From contig JAEUKA010000028.1 of NCBI GenBank assembly GCA_016794465.1, positions 64,001-124,050 on the forward strand: a DNA stretch of 60,050 nt, written 5' to 3'. Position numbers and translations under genes: made by a program. This DNA comes from Myxococcales bacterium. GTDB lineage: Bacteria; Myxococcota_A; Polyangia; Palsa-1104; JAEUJZ01. Shown one piece after another: positions 28,637-37,549 of the stretch; within the stretch, counting starts at the first letter, position 1, and the number at the start of each line of letters is the position of its first letter. A model generated the notes under the pieces. The model searched no databases. It was given only the letters and a program-made list of their open reading frames with translations, and was not told the origin of the DNA.

Positions 28637-30511
28637 ATGCGCCCACTTTCTTTTGCCTGGTCGGAGTTTACGTGCATGCGGCGACGAGCGGTGAAAAGGC
28701 ATCTTGGGATTCGGACAAGTGAGCGGCTTCTTTCGGTGGACCGCCCGCTGCTGCCGACGGTTGCTCTCTGTCTCCTCGGAGCATCGGCCCCAAGCCTGGT
28801 GAATGCCGAAGAGCCTCCGTCACAACCCCCTGCCCCAGTGCCCGCACCGACAGTGGTCGAGCAAAGGCCACTGGAGGTATCGGTCATCCTCGGTGGGCAC
28901 TTCTTTTCCTCGACGGCAGCACTTGGCCGCAGCGACTACGCGGCACCGGGTAGCGACCTTCGACACACCGTCGCTCTCGGCGCGCGGATCGGCTACGGAC
29001 TGAGCCGCCACTTCATGCTCGAAGGCGAGTTCGTCGCGATGCCGACGCAGCTGAGCGAGAAGCCGGCCCAGGTCCTGGTCTACTCGGGACGCGCGCACCT
29101 TATGTTTCGTTGGCCATTTGGCAAAGACGAGCGCTTTCAGCCGTTCATCCTCGCCGGTGGTGGTGCGATTGGCGTGCGACCCGACCCCGGCCTGCCACTG
29201 CGCAGCGAAGTCCTCGGGGCGTTCCACACCGGCCTCGGCATGCGCTTTCACCTCAACCGCTGGGTGGGACTGCGCGTCGACGGGCGCTTGGTGCTGCTGC
29301 CCGAGGTCCGCACGCCGAGCTTCACCCAAGACTACGAGGCCCTGGCCAGCCTCTATGGACGCTTCGGCTACGGCCCCGACAAGCCCGCCGAGCCCCCGAA
29401 GCCGCTCGACATCGACCAGGACGGCGTCCCCGACAAGGAAGACCGCTGCCCGAGCGAAAAAGGCCCGACCGAAAATGGCGGCTGTCCGGACCGTGATACA
29501 GACGGTGACAGCCTGGTCGATCGCCTCGACAAGTGCCCAGCGCAAGCGGGTCCGACTGAAAATGGCGGCTGTCCGGATATCGACACCGACAGCGACGGCG
29601 TGGTCGATCGCCTCGACAAGTGCCCGAGCGAGATCGGTCCCCAGGTCAACGTCGGCTGCCCAGATGTCGACAACGACGGTGATGGCATCGTCGATCGCCT
29701 CGACAAGTGTCCGCAGCAAGCCGAGACGGTGAACAACTTCCAGGATCAAGACGGCTGCCCTGACGAGGTGCCGGCCAACCTGGCGCGCTTCGTCGATAAG
29801 AAGATCGAAGGCGTGCAGTTCCTGCCCAACAAGGCCGAGCTGCTGCCGTCGTCGTCGGCGATCCTCGACCAAGCGGTGGCCGCGCTCCAGGAAGTCCCGA
29901 CGGTGCGACTGGAAGTTCAGGGTCACACCGATAACGTCGGCAACCCGAATGACAACCTGGCGCTGTCGCAGCTGCGCGCCGATGCGGTGAAGACCTACCT
30001 CATCGGCAAGGGCATCGATCCGGCGCGCCTGCAAGCGGTCGGGTACGGCTCGACTCGTCCCATCGCTGACAACAGCCTGCCAGCCGGTCGGGCCCAAAAC
30101 CGCCGCGTCGAGTTCAAGCTTTTGCCGCCGGCTCGTCCGACGGTCATTCGCAAGCCACTGCCGGCGCCGCTGAGCCCGACGACTGCGCCCGCTGCCGTGC
30201 CTCAAGACGCCGCGCCACAGGTAGTTCCCGTCGCTCCGGCCCCGATTACCCCCGGCAAAACGCTGGCGGCTCCGACTCCTCCAGCCGTTCCGGCGGCTCC
30301 GACTCCTCCGGCGGCTCCGACTCCTCCGGCGACTCCGGCGGCTCCGACTCCTCCGGCGACTCCGGCGGCTCCGACTCCTCCGGCGGCTCCGGCGGCTCCG
30401 ACTCCTCCGGCGACTCCAACTGTTCCGGCGGCTCCGACTCCTCCGACTCCTCCGGCGGCTCCGAGCGAGGTCGTTCCACCCGCCGTCCTCGTCCCTCCGC
30501 CACCCGCTTAG
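28637..30511 (+). CDS. OmpA-family outer-membrane protein with thrombospondin type-3 repeats and a Pro/Thr/Ala-rich tandem-repeat tail
   Basis: An N-terminal beta-barrel-like region is followed by 4-5 TSP3 units (DxDxDGVxDxxDxCP) and an OmpA peptidoglycan-binding domain (GHTDNVGNPNDNLALSQLRADAV...NRRVEF). The tail is (APTPPA[TA]) repeated. An alternative start is ATG 28676 (MRRRAVKRHLG...). Confidence 0.8.
   Translation: MRPLSFAWSEFTCMRRRAVKRHLGIRTSERLLSVDRPLLPTVALCLLGASAPSLVNAEEPPSQPPAPVPAPTVVEQRPLEVSVILGGHFFSSTAALGRSDYAAPGSDLRHTVALGARIGYGLSRHFMLEGEFVAMPTQLSEKPAQVLVYSGRAHLMFRWPFGKDERFQPFILAGGGAIGVRPDPGLPLRSEVLGAFHTGLGMRFHLNRWVGLRVDGRLVLLPEVRTPSFTQDYEALASLYGRFGYGPDKPAEPPKPLDIDQDGVPDKEDRCPSEKGPTENGGCPDRDTDGDSLVDRLDKCPAQAGPTENGGCPDIDTDSDGVVDRLDKCPSEIGPQVNVGCPDVDNDGDGIVDRLDKCPQQAETVNNFQDQDGCPDEVPANLARFVDKKIEGVQFLPNKAELLPSSSAILDQAVAALQEVPTVRLEVQGHTDNVGNPNDNLALSQLRADAVKTYLIGKGIDPARLQAVGYGSTRPIADNSLPAGRAQNRRVEFKLLPPARPTVIRKPLPAPLSPTTAPAAVPQDAAPQVVPVAPAPITPGKTLAAPTPPAVPAAPTPPAAPTPPATPAAPTPPATPAAPTPPAAPAAPTPPATPTVPAAPTPPTPPAAPSEVVPPAVLVPPPPA
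30265..30470 (+). repeat. Coding tandem repeat with a 15/30-bp period (gctccgactcctccggcgRctccggcg), encoding the APTPPAT/A tail of the OmpA-like protein
   Basis: Tandem units are directly visible in the sequence. They also generate a spurious minus-strand 'ESEPPE' ORF. Confidence 0.8.
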
Positions 30512-30572
30512 TCATCGCCGCCACTTCCCTCTCATTGAACGGCCCGTCCCGCAAGCGATATGATGGCGCAGG

Positions 30573-31211
30573 GTGGTGGCTAAGCTTTCGCAACCACGTC
30601 AGCCTGCGGGCATGACGGAGCCGACGCCGCGAGTCTGTCCGGCGTGCAAGCGTCCGAGCCAGACTGCGGGGGAGCAGTTTTGTCCGCATGATGGCGCGAT
30701 CCTGATCGAGGCGTCCGACCTCCGCAACGCACAGGACGACCCGCTGCTGGGACGACGCATCGAGAGCTTTGCCATTGTGGCGCGCCTCGGTGAAGGCGGA
30801 ATGGGAACCGTGTACCGCGCCATTCAGATCGGAATGGATCGCGATGTCGCACTCAAGATCTTGCGCTCGGATCTGGCCCATGACGGTCGAGTGGTGCAGC
30901 GCTTTCATCAAGAGGCGCGCGCCACCGCTCGGCTGTCACATCGCAACCTGGCGACGGTCTACACCAGTGGCAGTACCAGCGATGGCATCTATTACATCGC
31001 GATGGAGCACCTCAACGGTCCGTCGCTAGAGCAGCTGATCGCGAGCGCCTGGCACAGTGTCGCCGGACATCCGACCTACAACCTGGAGCGACTCCGCGTG
31101 ATGCGTCTGTGGTGCCAGATCGTCGCGGCTCTGGCGCACGCGCACCGCTTGGGAATCGTTCACAGGGCACACAAGCGGAAGCGCTCTGCAACGATCCGGT
31201 ACGACTCCTAA
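30573..31211 (+). pseudogene. Hanks-type Ser/Thr protein kinase with an N-terminal zinc ribbon, truncated inside the catalytic loop
   Basis: CPACKRP...CPHDG, then GEGGMGTVYRA, VALKIL, HRNL and YIAMEHL are present. The protein ends GIVHRAHKRKRSATIRYDS* where HRDLKPEN is expected. DFG and APE motifs are absent from all three downstream frames. Confidence 0.6.
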
Positions 31212-31395
31212 GCGCCTGCGGAATGCCTGCGGAATGCACGCCGAACAGCTGGGTGATGCGGAACTTGGGCGATCTTCTCGTCGGAGCTTTCCGAACCCTG
31301 CAGCCAGGACTTCCCGGCAAGTCGGCAAACCGGATATGATCAGGAGTGGTGTCGCAGTGCTGTGCGCAGGTGACCGACACCAGTAGGGGGACAGC

Positions 31396-32460
31396 GTGGA
31401 CATTGATGCTCATCATGCAGGGACGTACGTCGTCGCAAGACTGGCAGGAATGCCGCACCAGCAGGCCGAAGTGGTCGCCTACTGTGCGCAGTATGTAGAC
31501 GATGCGACCAACGAAGGAGTGATCCGCTTTCACAACGGAGCGCTCTATCGCCGCATCTGCTCTGCGCACAAAATGCTGGACTACCGCAACACCGAAGCGC
31601 TGGCGAGTGCGCGAGTATGGGTTCCGTTTCACTTCCTACCTGGCAATGAAGGCCTGCCCGCAGGCCAAGAGCCACCCGGATCTTTCGTCGACAAGATGAT
31701 CTGTCGGCCAGACAGTGCGGTGGCGCAAGAGATGGTTCGCGATGCGATCCTGGCGCAGTCCTCTCCCTATTCGCTGCATCGCTTGGGAATCACCGCTCAC
31801 GTCTATGCAGACACCTGGACCCATCAGGGATTCACCGGTACCAACGACGTAGTCAACAGAGCCAAAGATCTGGTAGGTCCAAGCGGAGAGCCGGATCTCA
31901 CGATGATGGAGCGGCTGAAAGGATTCTTCGTCAGCAGTACCTTTCCTCTCGGTCACGGAGCGGTGCTGGGACATCCAGATCGGCCCTACCTAATCTGGGG
32001 CTATACCAACGGAAGAGGCCAGAAGATCGCTCGCAACAATCCAGCGGACTTTATGGCCGCGTTCGATGCGATGTACCGGATGTTCCGCCGCTATCTGCTG
32101 TCGGACCCCCACGCGAATGTCCCGGGCATTCCAGAACCAGATCGGACCCTCATTCTGTCGCTGTTTCGGACCCTGACTGATCCAGATGGATATGTGCGGC
32201 ATAAGCAGTGGCTAAACGCACTCGCGCAAGGCTACTTCAGCTTCGGAAAAGTAGAGCTCTCCTACCTTCCGAAAGGAGTCGGATCTTGGAAACATACTGC
32301 GCTGGGAACCGAGAAGGAAACCGATGATGAGGATGAGATCTTTCAGTACTCCTCAGCCTTTCTGAAGAGTGACTGGAAGCTGTTTCATGATGCCTTGCAA
32401 GCCCACCGCTTCCATGTCGTACACGAGCTCCTGCCTCGCTACGGAATCTGCACGGCGTAG
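31396..32460 (+). CDS. Hypothetical His-rich protein (possible metal-dependent hydrolase)
   Basis: 354 aa with a GTG start after agggggA. His/Asp-rich motifs are conserved-looking (DAHHAGTY, AHVYADTWTHQGF, GHGAVLGHPDRPY). No firm family assignment is possible. Confidence 0.55.
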   Translation: MDIDAHHAGTYVVARLAGMPHQQAEVVAYCAQYVDDATNEGVIRFHNGALYRRICSAHKMLDYRNTEALASARVWVPFHFLPGNEGLPAGQEPPGSFVDKMICRPDSAVAQEMVRDAILAQSSPYSLHRLGITAHVYADTWTHQGFTGTNDVVNRAKDLVGPSGEPDLTMMERLKGFFVSSTFPLGHGAVLGHPDRPYLIWGYTNGRGQKIARNNPADFMAAFDAMYRMFRRYLLSDPHANVPGIPEPDRTLILSLFRTLTDPDGYVRHKQWLNALAQGYFSFGKVELSYLPKGVGSWKHTALGTEKETDDEDEIFQYSSAFLKSDWKLFHDALQAHRFHVVHELLPRYGICTA

Positions 32461-32461
32461 C

Positions 32462-33229
32462 TTGCAGAGTCCACCCACCACGATCGATCGCGTCCTGACG
32501 CTGGCTGCGCTCCTCCTTCTGGCGATCCAGGCGGCGCTTGATGCCAAAATCTCAGGGGAAGCCAGCGCAGGAGTCGCCGTCCTGACGCTTCTGATGACCC
32601 TGCTAGCGCGGCACGTGGGAAGCAGAGAGTGTCAGACCGTTCCGACGCTGGTGTGCTCGCTGGTGCTGGCCCAGCAGGGCGGGACGCCGTGGCCACTCGC
32701 GATGATCCTGGCACTGCTCCTGTTTGTGGGAATCGCTCGCTTGCGCTCCGATGTTCCCTTAGAGAAGGACTGGACTGCGTTCGGAAAGACACCTCTGGTT
32801 TGGATACTACTCGTCGGAGGAGTGACTCCCTTTGCGCTGACCAGCTGGCTTCTGTGGACGACCCCCGACCTGAGCGATCTCACCCAGTCGCCACTGCTGA
32901 AGGTGCCGAAGCTGTGGTTGGTGATAGGAAGTCTGCTGTTCTCTGTCATCAATCCGGCGCTCGAAGAGCTGATCTGGCGCGGGGTGCTACAGACTCAGCT
33001 ACGCAAACAGTGGGGTCTTGAGGTGACTCTGCTCCTGCAAGCGCTGTCGTTTGGACTTCAGCACCTACACGGCCTCCCACGCGGAGTCATTGGCGTGGTG
33101 CTGGCGACGCTGTGGGCGATTCCGCTCGGACTCCTTCGCCACTACACCAGCGGACTGGCAGCCCCCTATTTGGCGCACGTGGTGGCGGATGCGACCATCG
33201 CTCTGCTCGTCATGTTCTATGTGCTGTAG
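32462..33229 (+). CDS. CPBP family intramembrane glutamic endopeptidase (CAAX protease/Abi-like)
   Basis: Multi-TM protein with EELIWRG (EExxxR), FGLQHLH (FxxxH) and a later His motif. The start is uncertain: TTG 32462 or an internal Met. Confidence 0.65.
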   Translation: MQSPPTTIDRVLTLAALLLLAIQAALDAKISGEASAGVAVLTLLMTLLARHVGSRECQTVPTLVCSLVLAQQGGTPWPLAMILALLLFVGIARLRSDVPLEKDWTAFGKTPLVWILLVGGVTPFALTSWLLWTTPDLSDLTQSPLLKVPKLWLVIGSLLFSVINPALEELIWRGVLQTQLRKQWGLEVTLLLQALSFGLQHLHGLPRGVIGVVLATLWAIPLGLLRHYTSGLAAPYLAHVVADATIALLVMFYVL

Positions 33230-33234
33230 CACCC

Positions 33235-34656
33235 CTACGGTCGCAGTCCGGCTCGCGCAAACAACCACAACAAAAGAGAGCAGAGCCAGATCCGCAGCAG
33301 CGCCAGCATCCCCCGAGGAGTCAAGAGCGGCTTCGACTCTGGGAGACTCCACAGCTGCTCAAAGTGGGCTGCATAGGCGGCAATCACGACGGAAGAGTGC
33401 GTCTCGATGTCTGTCTCTAGGTACGCTCCGCTAAAGGAGTTGGGCGTAAAGTTGGCCTGCCCGGCAATCAGCAACGGACGCTGTCCCAGCCGTGCCACCG
33501 ACTTCAGGTGCATCATCGCGCCGGCGTGCGACTGATGAATCCGCAGCTGAAACAGATCTCGGTAACGCTGTTGCAAGCTCTGCGCTTCACAGAGCACCGC
33601 ATGATTGACCAAGCTACAGGTCAGCCACGACGGCAAAGTCGGCAGTGGCAGCGCATGTAAGGAGTCGATCAGCACGCGAACCCGGACTCCGCGTGACAGC
33701 GCAGACTCCAGTGCCGACAGCATTGGCAGATCCGAAAAATACGCGGTGGCCAGCAGCAGCTCATCGCCGATTGCAGCCGTCCTGATCAGTGTCTCGATCC
33801 GCCCGCGAATGGCACGCGTCTCCAGCAACGCGCAGTCCGGATCAGCTGTCAGTGCCGGCTGCACTGGAGGAAGCGGAAGTGGATAGTTAGGAATCGGCCT
33901 GCCCGACGGAGAAATTGGCTCTTTGCGCTGTGCGGATGCAGGCTCTACAGAGTCCGCGATCAGCCCGGAAAGGAGTCCTCTGTCTGTCTCTGTAAGCCGC
34001 TGCGGAAGCAGCAGCGCGGCACGAATCGCCACCATCGCTTGCTGCCACAGCTGCTCGGCTACTTTCCCCCCCAGCCAGAACATGTTTTCGTGCCAGTCGA
34101 ACGCCGGATCAAACAGGTTGTGACTGGTCAGCAGCCCCGCCCGTCCGCCATCAATGATCAGATTCTTGCGATGATCTTCGACGTTGTGAAGTGCCTGCCA
34201 GCGATTCTGATGTTCCACCCAGTCCGACTCTGCAACCTGCTGGTGATGCAGATGAAAGTTCATTGCCGACAGCCAGCGCGGACGCCGATCAAACTCGGTA
34301 TCAAACAGATTGGCAGACAAGACCAGGACTCCTGCTTGTTGCAGTCGCTGCCGAATCAGGACTCCTTTGCGCCGGGTTAGCTGTGGATTGGCCGGCGTAT
34401 TGGTATCCAGCAGCACCACGACCGTGAGCTGCGGACAGCGCTGCTTTTTTTCCACAAGCCAGTCAGCCACCGTATCCGCGTAGGGAAAGGCGCCCTCGCG
34501 CGGCAGCAGCAGCGTCTGGTCGCCGTTGGCAGCAAACAAGTACATCTGCAGGACGATGCTCTGCTCGGCCTGCTCAATCAGATCGCGCAGCGCTGACAAG
34601 ATCGCGTGCTGATTTCCCAGATAGCAGAGCATCGAAGAGGAAGGCCGACTGTGCAT
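33235..34656 (-). CDS. Phospholipase D family protein (two HKD motifs)
   Basis: HRKNLIID (HxKxxxxD) and HLKSVARLGQRPLLIAGQANFTPNS (second HKD with GxxN) are present. It is the last gene of a four-gene operon. Confidence 0.7.
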   Translation of the reverse strand: MHSRPSSSMLCYLGNQHAILSALRDLIEQAEQSIVLQMYLFAANGDQTLLLPREGAFPYADTVADWLVEKKQRCPQLTVVVLLDTNTPANPQLTRRKGVLIRQRLQQAGVLVLSANLFDTEFDRRPRWLSAMNFHLHHQQVAESDWVEHQNRWQALHNVEDHRKNLIIDGGRAGLLTSHNLFDPAFDWHENMFWLGGKVAEQLWQQAMVAIRAALLLPQRLTETDRGLLSGLIADSVEPASAQRKEPISPSGRPIPNYPLPLPPVQPALTADPDCALLETRAIRGRIETLIRTAAIGDELLLATAYFSDLPMLSALESALSRGVRVRVLIDSLHALPLPTLPSWLTCSLVNHAVLCEAQSLQQRYRDLFQLRIHQSHAGAMMHLKSVARLGQRPLLIAGQANFTPNSFSGAYLETDIETHSSVVIAAYAAHFEQLWSLPESKPLLTPRGMLALLRIWLCSLLLWLFARAGLRP

Positions 34657-34659
34657 CGG

Positions 34660-35571
34660 TCACAGGGGCGCCAGACTGCGAAGCTGTAGTCGCAGAATCC
34701 ACGCCAAAAATGAGGCAGCGGGAATGGTGGTTTTGTCTACTTTGTCCGCAAAGCTCGCCATTCCCATGCGATCGGACTGACTGGGCCCGCGATGCAGGAG
34801 CAGGTGCCGCTGCAGCGGAGTCAGCCCAAACTCCATCTCTGCCAGTGCCAGCACTTGCAGCCAGCCCGTTCGCGCTCGACCATCCGCATACGCCAGCAGC
34901 GGCAAGGTCAGGAGTGTCTCGGCAGAGGTCAGCAGCCAGGACTGCTCTTTGCTCTTGTGAAGCAGTACCCGGGTATCGAGCGCGACGTGGGGCTGCTCCT
35001 CCTTGGCATGAAGCCGCATGACCTCTGCCAGCAGCGGTGCACACTGCTCAGGATGCTGATCGAGCGCGATCGGAACGAATAGCGTGATCTCCTCAAACAG
35101 CCAGGCAAGCAGAAAAAACGAGCCGACCGGAGACAGCGCAACCACCAGCTCATCCTTGAGATTCCAGTGCATAAAGCGCAGTCCGGTGGTGGCAGAGTGG
35201 CGCTCGGAATACAGGTCCGGACGCAGCTTACAGAGCAGCCGATAAAAGGCTTCGGAGTGGACTTTCTCCTCGGCAACAAAGCGATCGATCGCCGGCTGCG
35301 GAAGTGCGGTGACCTCCTGACCTCGGTGTTCCAGAAACTCGATCACGTAGCGCTCAAAGTGAATGAACAGCTCGCAGGTGAAGCACGCAAACAAGCGATT
35401 GAGCTGCTGACGTGCCGACTCTGTGAGCCGCAGCCGATCGACATTCATGTAATGCGCTTCGGTCACCACCAGCTTTCCGCTGGGCAGTGGTGACTTCCAA
35501 TCGAGCTTGTCCCAGCGACGGCGAACTAGATCATATAAGCGACCATGACCATCCTGTTGTTCAGACTGCAT
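34660..35571 (-). CDS. Ferritin-like diiron oxygenase (AurF/CmlI-like N-oxygenase family, tentative)
   Basis: Repeated ExxH carboxylate/His ligand motifs (EAHYMN, EEKVHSEAF, EEITLF, AKEEQPHV) in an all-helical protein of about 300 aa. Confidence 0.5.
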   Translation of the reverse strand: MQSEQQDGHGRLYDLVRRRWDKLDWKSPLPSGKLVVTEAHYMNVDRLRLTESARQQLNRLFACFTCELFIHFERYVIEFLEHRGQEVTALPQPAIDRFVAEEKVHSEAFYRLLCKLRPDLYSERHSATTGLRFMHWNLKDELVVALSPVGSFFLLAWLFEEITLFVPIALDQHPEQCAPLLAEVMRLHAKEEQPHVALDTRVLLHKSKEQSWLLTSAETLLTLPLLAYADGRARTGWLQVLALAEMEFGLTPLQRHLLLHRGPSQSDRMGMASFADKVDKTTIPAASFLAWILRLQLRSLAPL

Positions 35572-37543
35572 GTTCTTGTCCTACTGCTGCAAAGTGACTC
35601 GCACTGGAAGGTACATTCGGGGACCAGCTCGGCAGCTCGCACAGTCCTCCGCCCAAAAACAGGTGATGCCACAGCTGAGTCATCACCATTGTTGTGTAGC
35701 TGCCATCCACCACAAATCGCCTGGGCAGCGCGGCTGGCAGAAGCTGCTGCAGGCGCTGCTCATGCGCGACCTTCTCGACGGAAAAATAGCCTGTCTTACG
35801 CAGGGAATCCGGACTCGTAAGCTGCGCAATCCAGCGCGGCTGCGGGGTCAGAAGACACAGGGAGTTGGCCTTGAACATACTCTTGGGAAGCTCGGCCAGT
35901 GGACTGGGCAGAACCTGCGCCGCCACCTCACGCAGCAGCCACTTTTCCCGCATTCCGCGCAGCTTGTAGCGCGGCGACAGCTGCCGGGTCAGATCGATGA
36001 ACTCTTCATCCAAAAAGGGATAGCGAGTCTCGACGGAAGAGTGCATCGCCACCCGATCTCCCTTTCCCAGCAAGAGATGTCCCGGCAGCATCAGCTTATA
36101 TTCCAGATACAGAGACTGGTGCAGAGGGTCCCAGCGCTCCATCTTGGCCGGTGAAATGTCTAGCGCCGCAAACGGATTGTGCTCCCGAACAGAGTCCGCC
36201 ATGGCATCGGAATACAGCAGCCAGCGCGCCCGTGACAGCGGCTCATACAGATCGAGCAGACTTGGCCGCAGCACGCCAAAGTAACGGTCAAAGTGCGGCA
36301 CAGGAGTGCCCGGAGTTGCGAGCCACGACAGTCCGCTGCGCAGCCACGAAGGAAGAGCAGGATGCACAGCGGACAGAGTCCGTAGCGCCCGCGCCGACTT
36401 GTGCCAGACATAGCCGCCCATCGCTTCGTCAGCGCCTTCTCCGGTCAGGACCACTTTGAAGCCCCGGGCGGAAACCTGCTCTGCCAGCAAGAGCAGACAG
36501 GCGTTGGCAGTGTCCATCACCGGACCTTCCACAGCCTCAATCACCCTCGGCAAAGCAGAGAGAATCTCCGCTCCGCTGGGAACCAGAGTCACAAGCTCTG
36601 TTGCCAGCAGCTCGGCGGTCCGGGTCGATCGGGATCGCTCATCGGGCCCCGCTCCGTCAAATCCAACCGTAAAGGAAGTCAGCTTTCGCTGCGGACTGTG
36701 GGCGCGCGCCAGTCCCAAGATTAGGGTCGAGTCGAGTCCTCCGCTCAGGTACGTCGCCACCGGACCATCCGAGGCAAAGCGCCGCGCCACCGCGTCGGAC
36801 AGACAGCTCTGTAGCTCCTCGGTGAGGAGAGACTCGGACGCCACCACTCGCTCTTCCCCGGCGTTTGGGAAGTCGAGATCCCAGTATCTGTGCACGGAGA
36901 TCTCACCGCGCTGGACCCGCAAAAAGTGACCCGGCCACAGCGAAGAGATATTGCGAAAGGCAGTCCGCTGGGTTCCCGCAGCAAACAAGGAAAATACCTG
37001 ATCAATGCCGGCGTGATCGGCCTCTGCCGGAACCAGACCAGAGGCCAGCAGGCCCTTGATCTCCGACGACCAGAGCAGCATTCCGTCCACCACTGCATAG
37101 TACAAAGGACAGATTCCGATCCGATCCCGCGCAAGCAAGAGTGTCCGCTCTGCACTGTCCCACAAGGCCACCGCAAACTGCCCGTGTGCTAGCTCAAATG
37201 CGGCGACTCCTTTCGATAGATACAGCGCCGGCCAGATCTCTGTATCGCAGCGGGTTCGCAGCTGGTGTCCCTGCGCTGTCAGCTCGCGGTGAAGGGAGGG
37301 AGCATTGTAGATCTCTCCGTTACAGGACACCCAGACTCGCCCTTTTTCGTCGGAGAGCGGCTGTCTGCCATGCTCCACATCCATGATCGCGAGCCGCTGG
37401 GTAGCCATCGCAATGCCGCGACCCACAAAGGCCGCTGCATCATCTGGACCCCGGTGGCGCAGACTCGCCGCCATCCGCCACAGCTCACCATGAGACAGAG
37501 TCCTCTGTCCGCGCAGACAGACCGCCCCAACGATTCCACACAT
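35561..37543 (-). CDS. Asparagine synthetase B-like glutamine amidotransferase
   Basis: The N-terminal MCGIVG (Ntn Cys2) and PP-loop SGGLDS are present, in a 660-aa protein. The gene overlaps its neighbours by 11 and 7 nt. Confidence 0.85.
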   Translation of the reverse strand: MCGIVGAVCLRGQRTLSHGELWRMAASLRHRGPDDAAAFVGRGIAMATQRLAIMDVEHGRQPLSDEKGRVWVSCNGEIYNAPSLHRELTAQGHQLRTRCDTEIWPALYLSKGVAAFELAHGQFAVALWDSAERTLLLARDRIGICPLYYAVVDGMLLWSSEIKGLLASGLVPAEADHAGIDQVFSLFAAGTQRTAFRNISSLWPGHFLRVQRGEISVHRYWDLDFPNAGEERVVASESLLTEELQSCLSDAVARRFASDGPVATYLSGGLDSTLILGLARAHSPQRKLTSFTVGFDGAGPDERSRSTRTAELLATELVTLVPSGAEILSALPRVIEAVEGPVMDTANACLLLLAEQVSARGFKVVLTGEGADEAMGGYVWHKSARALRTLSAVHPALPSWLRSGLSWLATPGTPVPHFDRYFGVLRPSLLDLYEPLSRARWLLYSDAMADSVREHNPFAALDISPAKMERWDPLHQSLYLEYKLMLPGHLLLGKGDRVAMHSSVETRYPFLDEEFIDLTRQLSPRYKLRGMREKWLLREVAAQVLPSPLAELPKSMFKANSLCLLTPQPRWIAQLTSPDSLRKTGYFSVEKVAHEQRLQQLLPAALPRRFVVDGSYTTMVMTQLWHHLFLGGGLCELPSWSPNVPSSASHFAAVGQEHAV

Positions 37544-37549
37544 GCGGAT

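Noticed and set aside
28820-30205. 461-aa minus-strand ORF
   Set aside because: It is antisense to the OmpA-TSP3 gene, which has strong domain evidence.
30265-30470. Possible CRISPR-like regular repeats
   Set aside because: The repeats are perfectly tandem with no spacers, and they are in frame within a coding sequence (the Pro/Thr/Ala tail). This is not a CRISPR array.
30246-30911. 221-aa minus-strand ORF ending in ESEPPE repeats
   Set aside because: It is a mirror translation of the APTPPA tandem repeat of the OmpA tail, not an independent gene.
31109-31339. 76-aa ORF that could have been the continuation of the truncated kinase in another frame
   Set aside because: Its translation contains no DFG, APE or other kinase subdomain motifs. 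The kinase is genuinely truncated.
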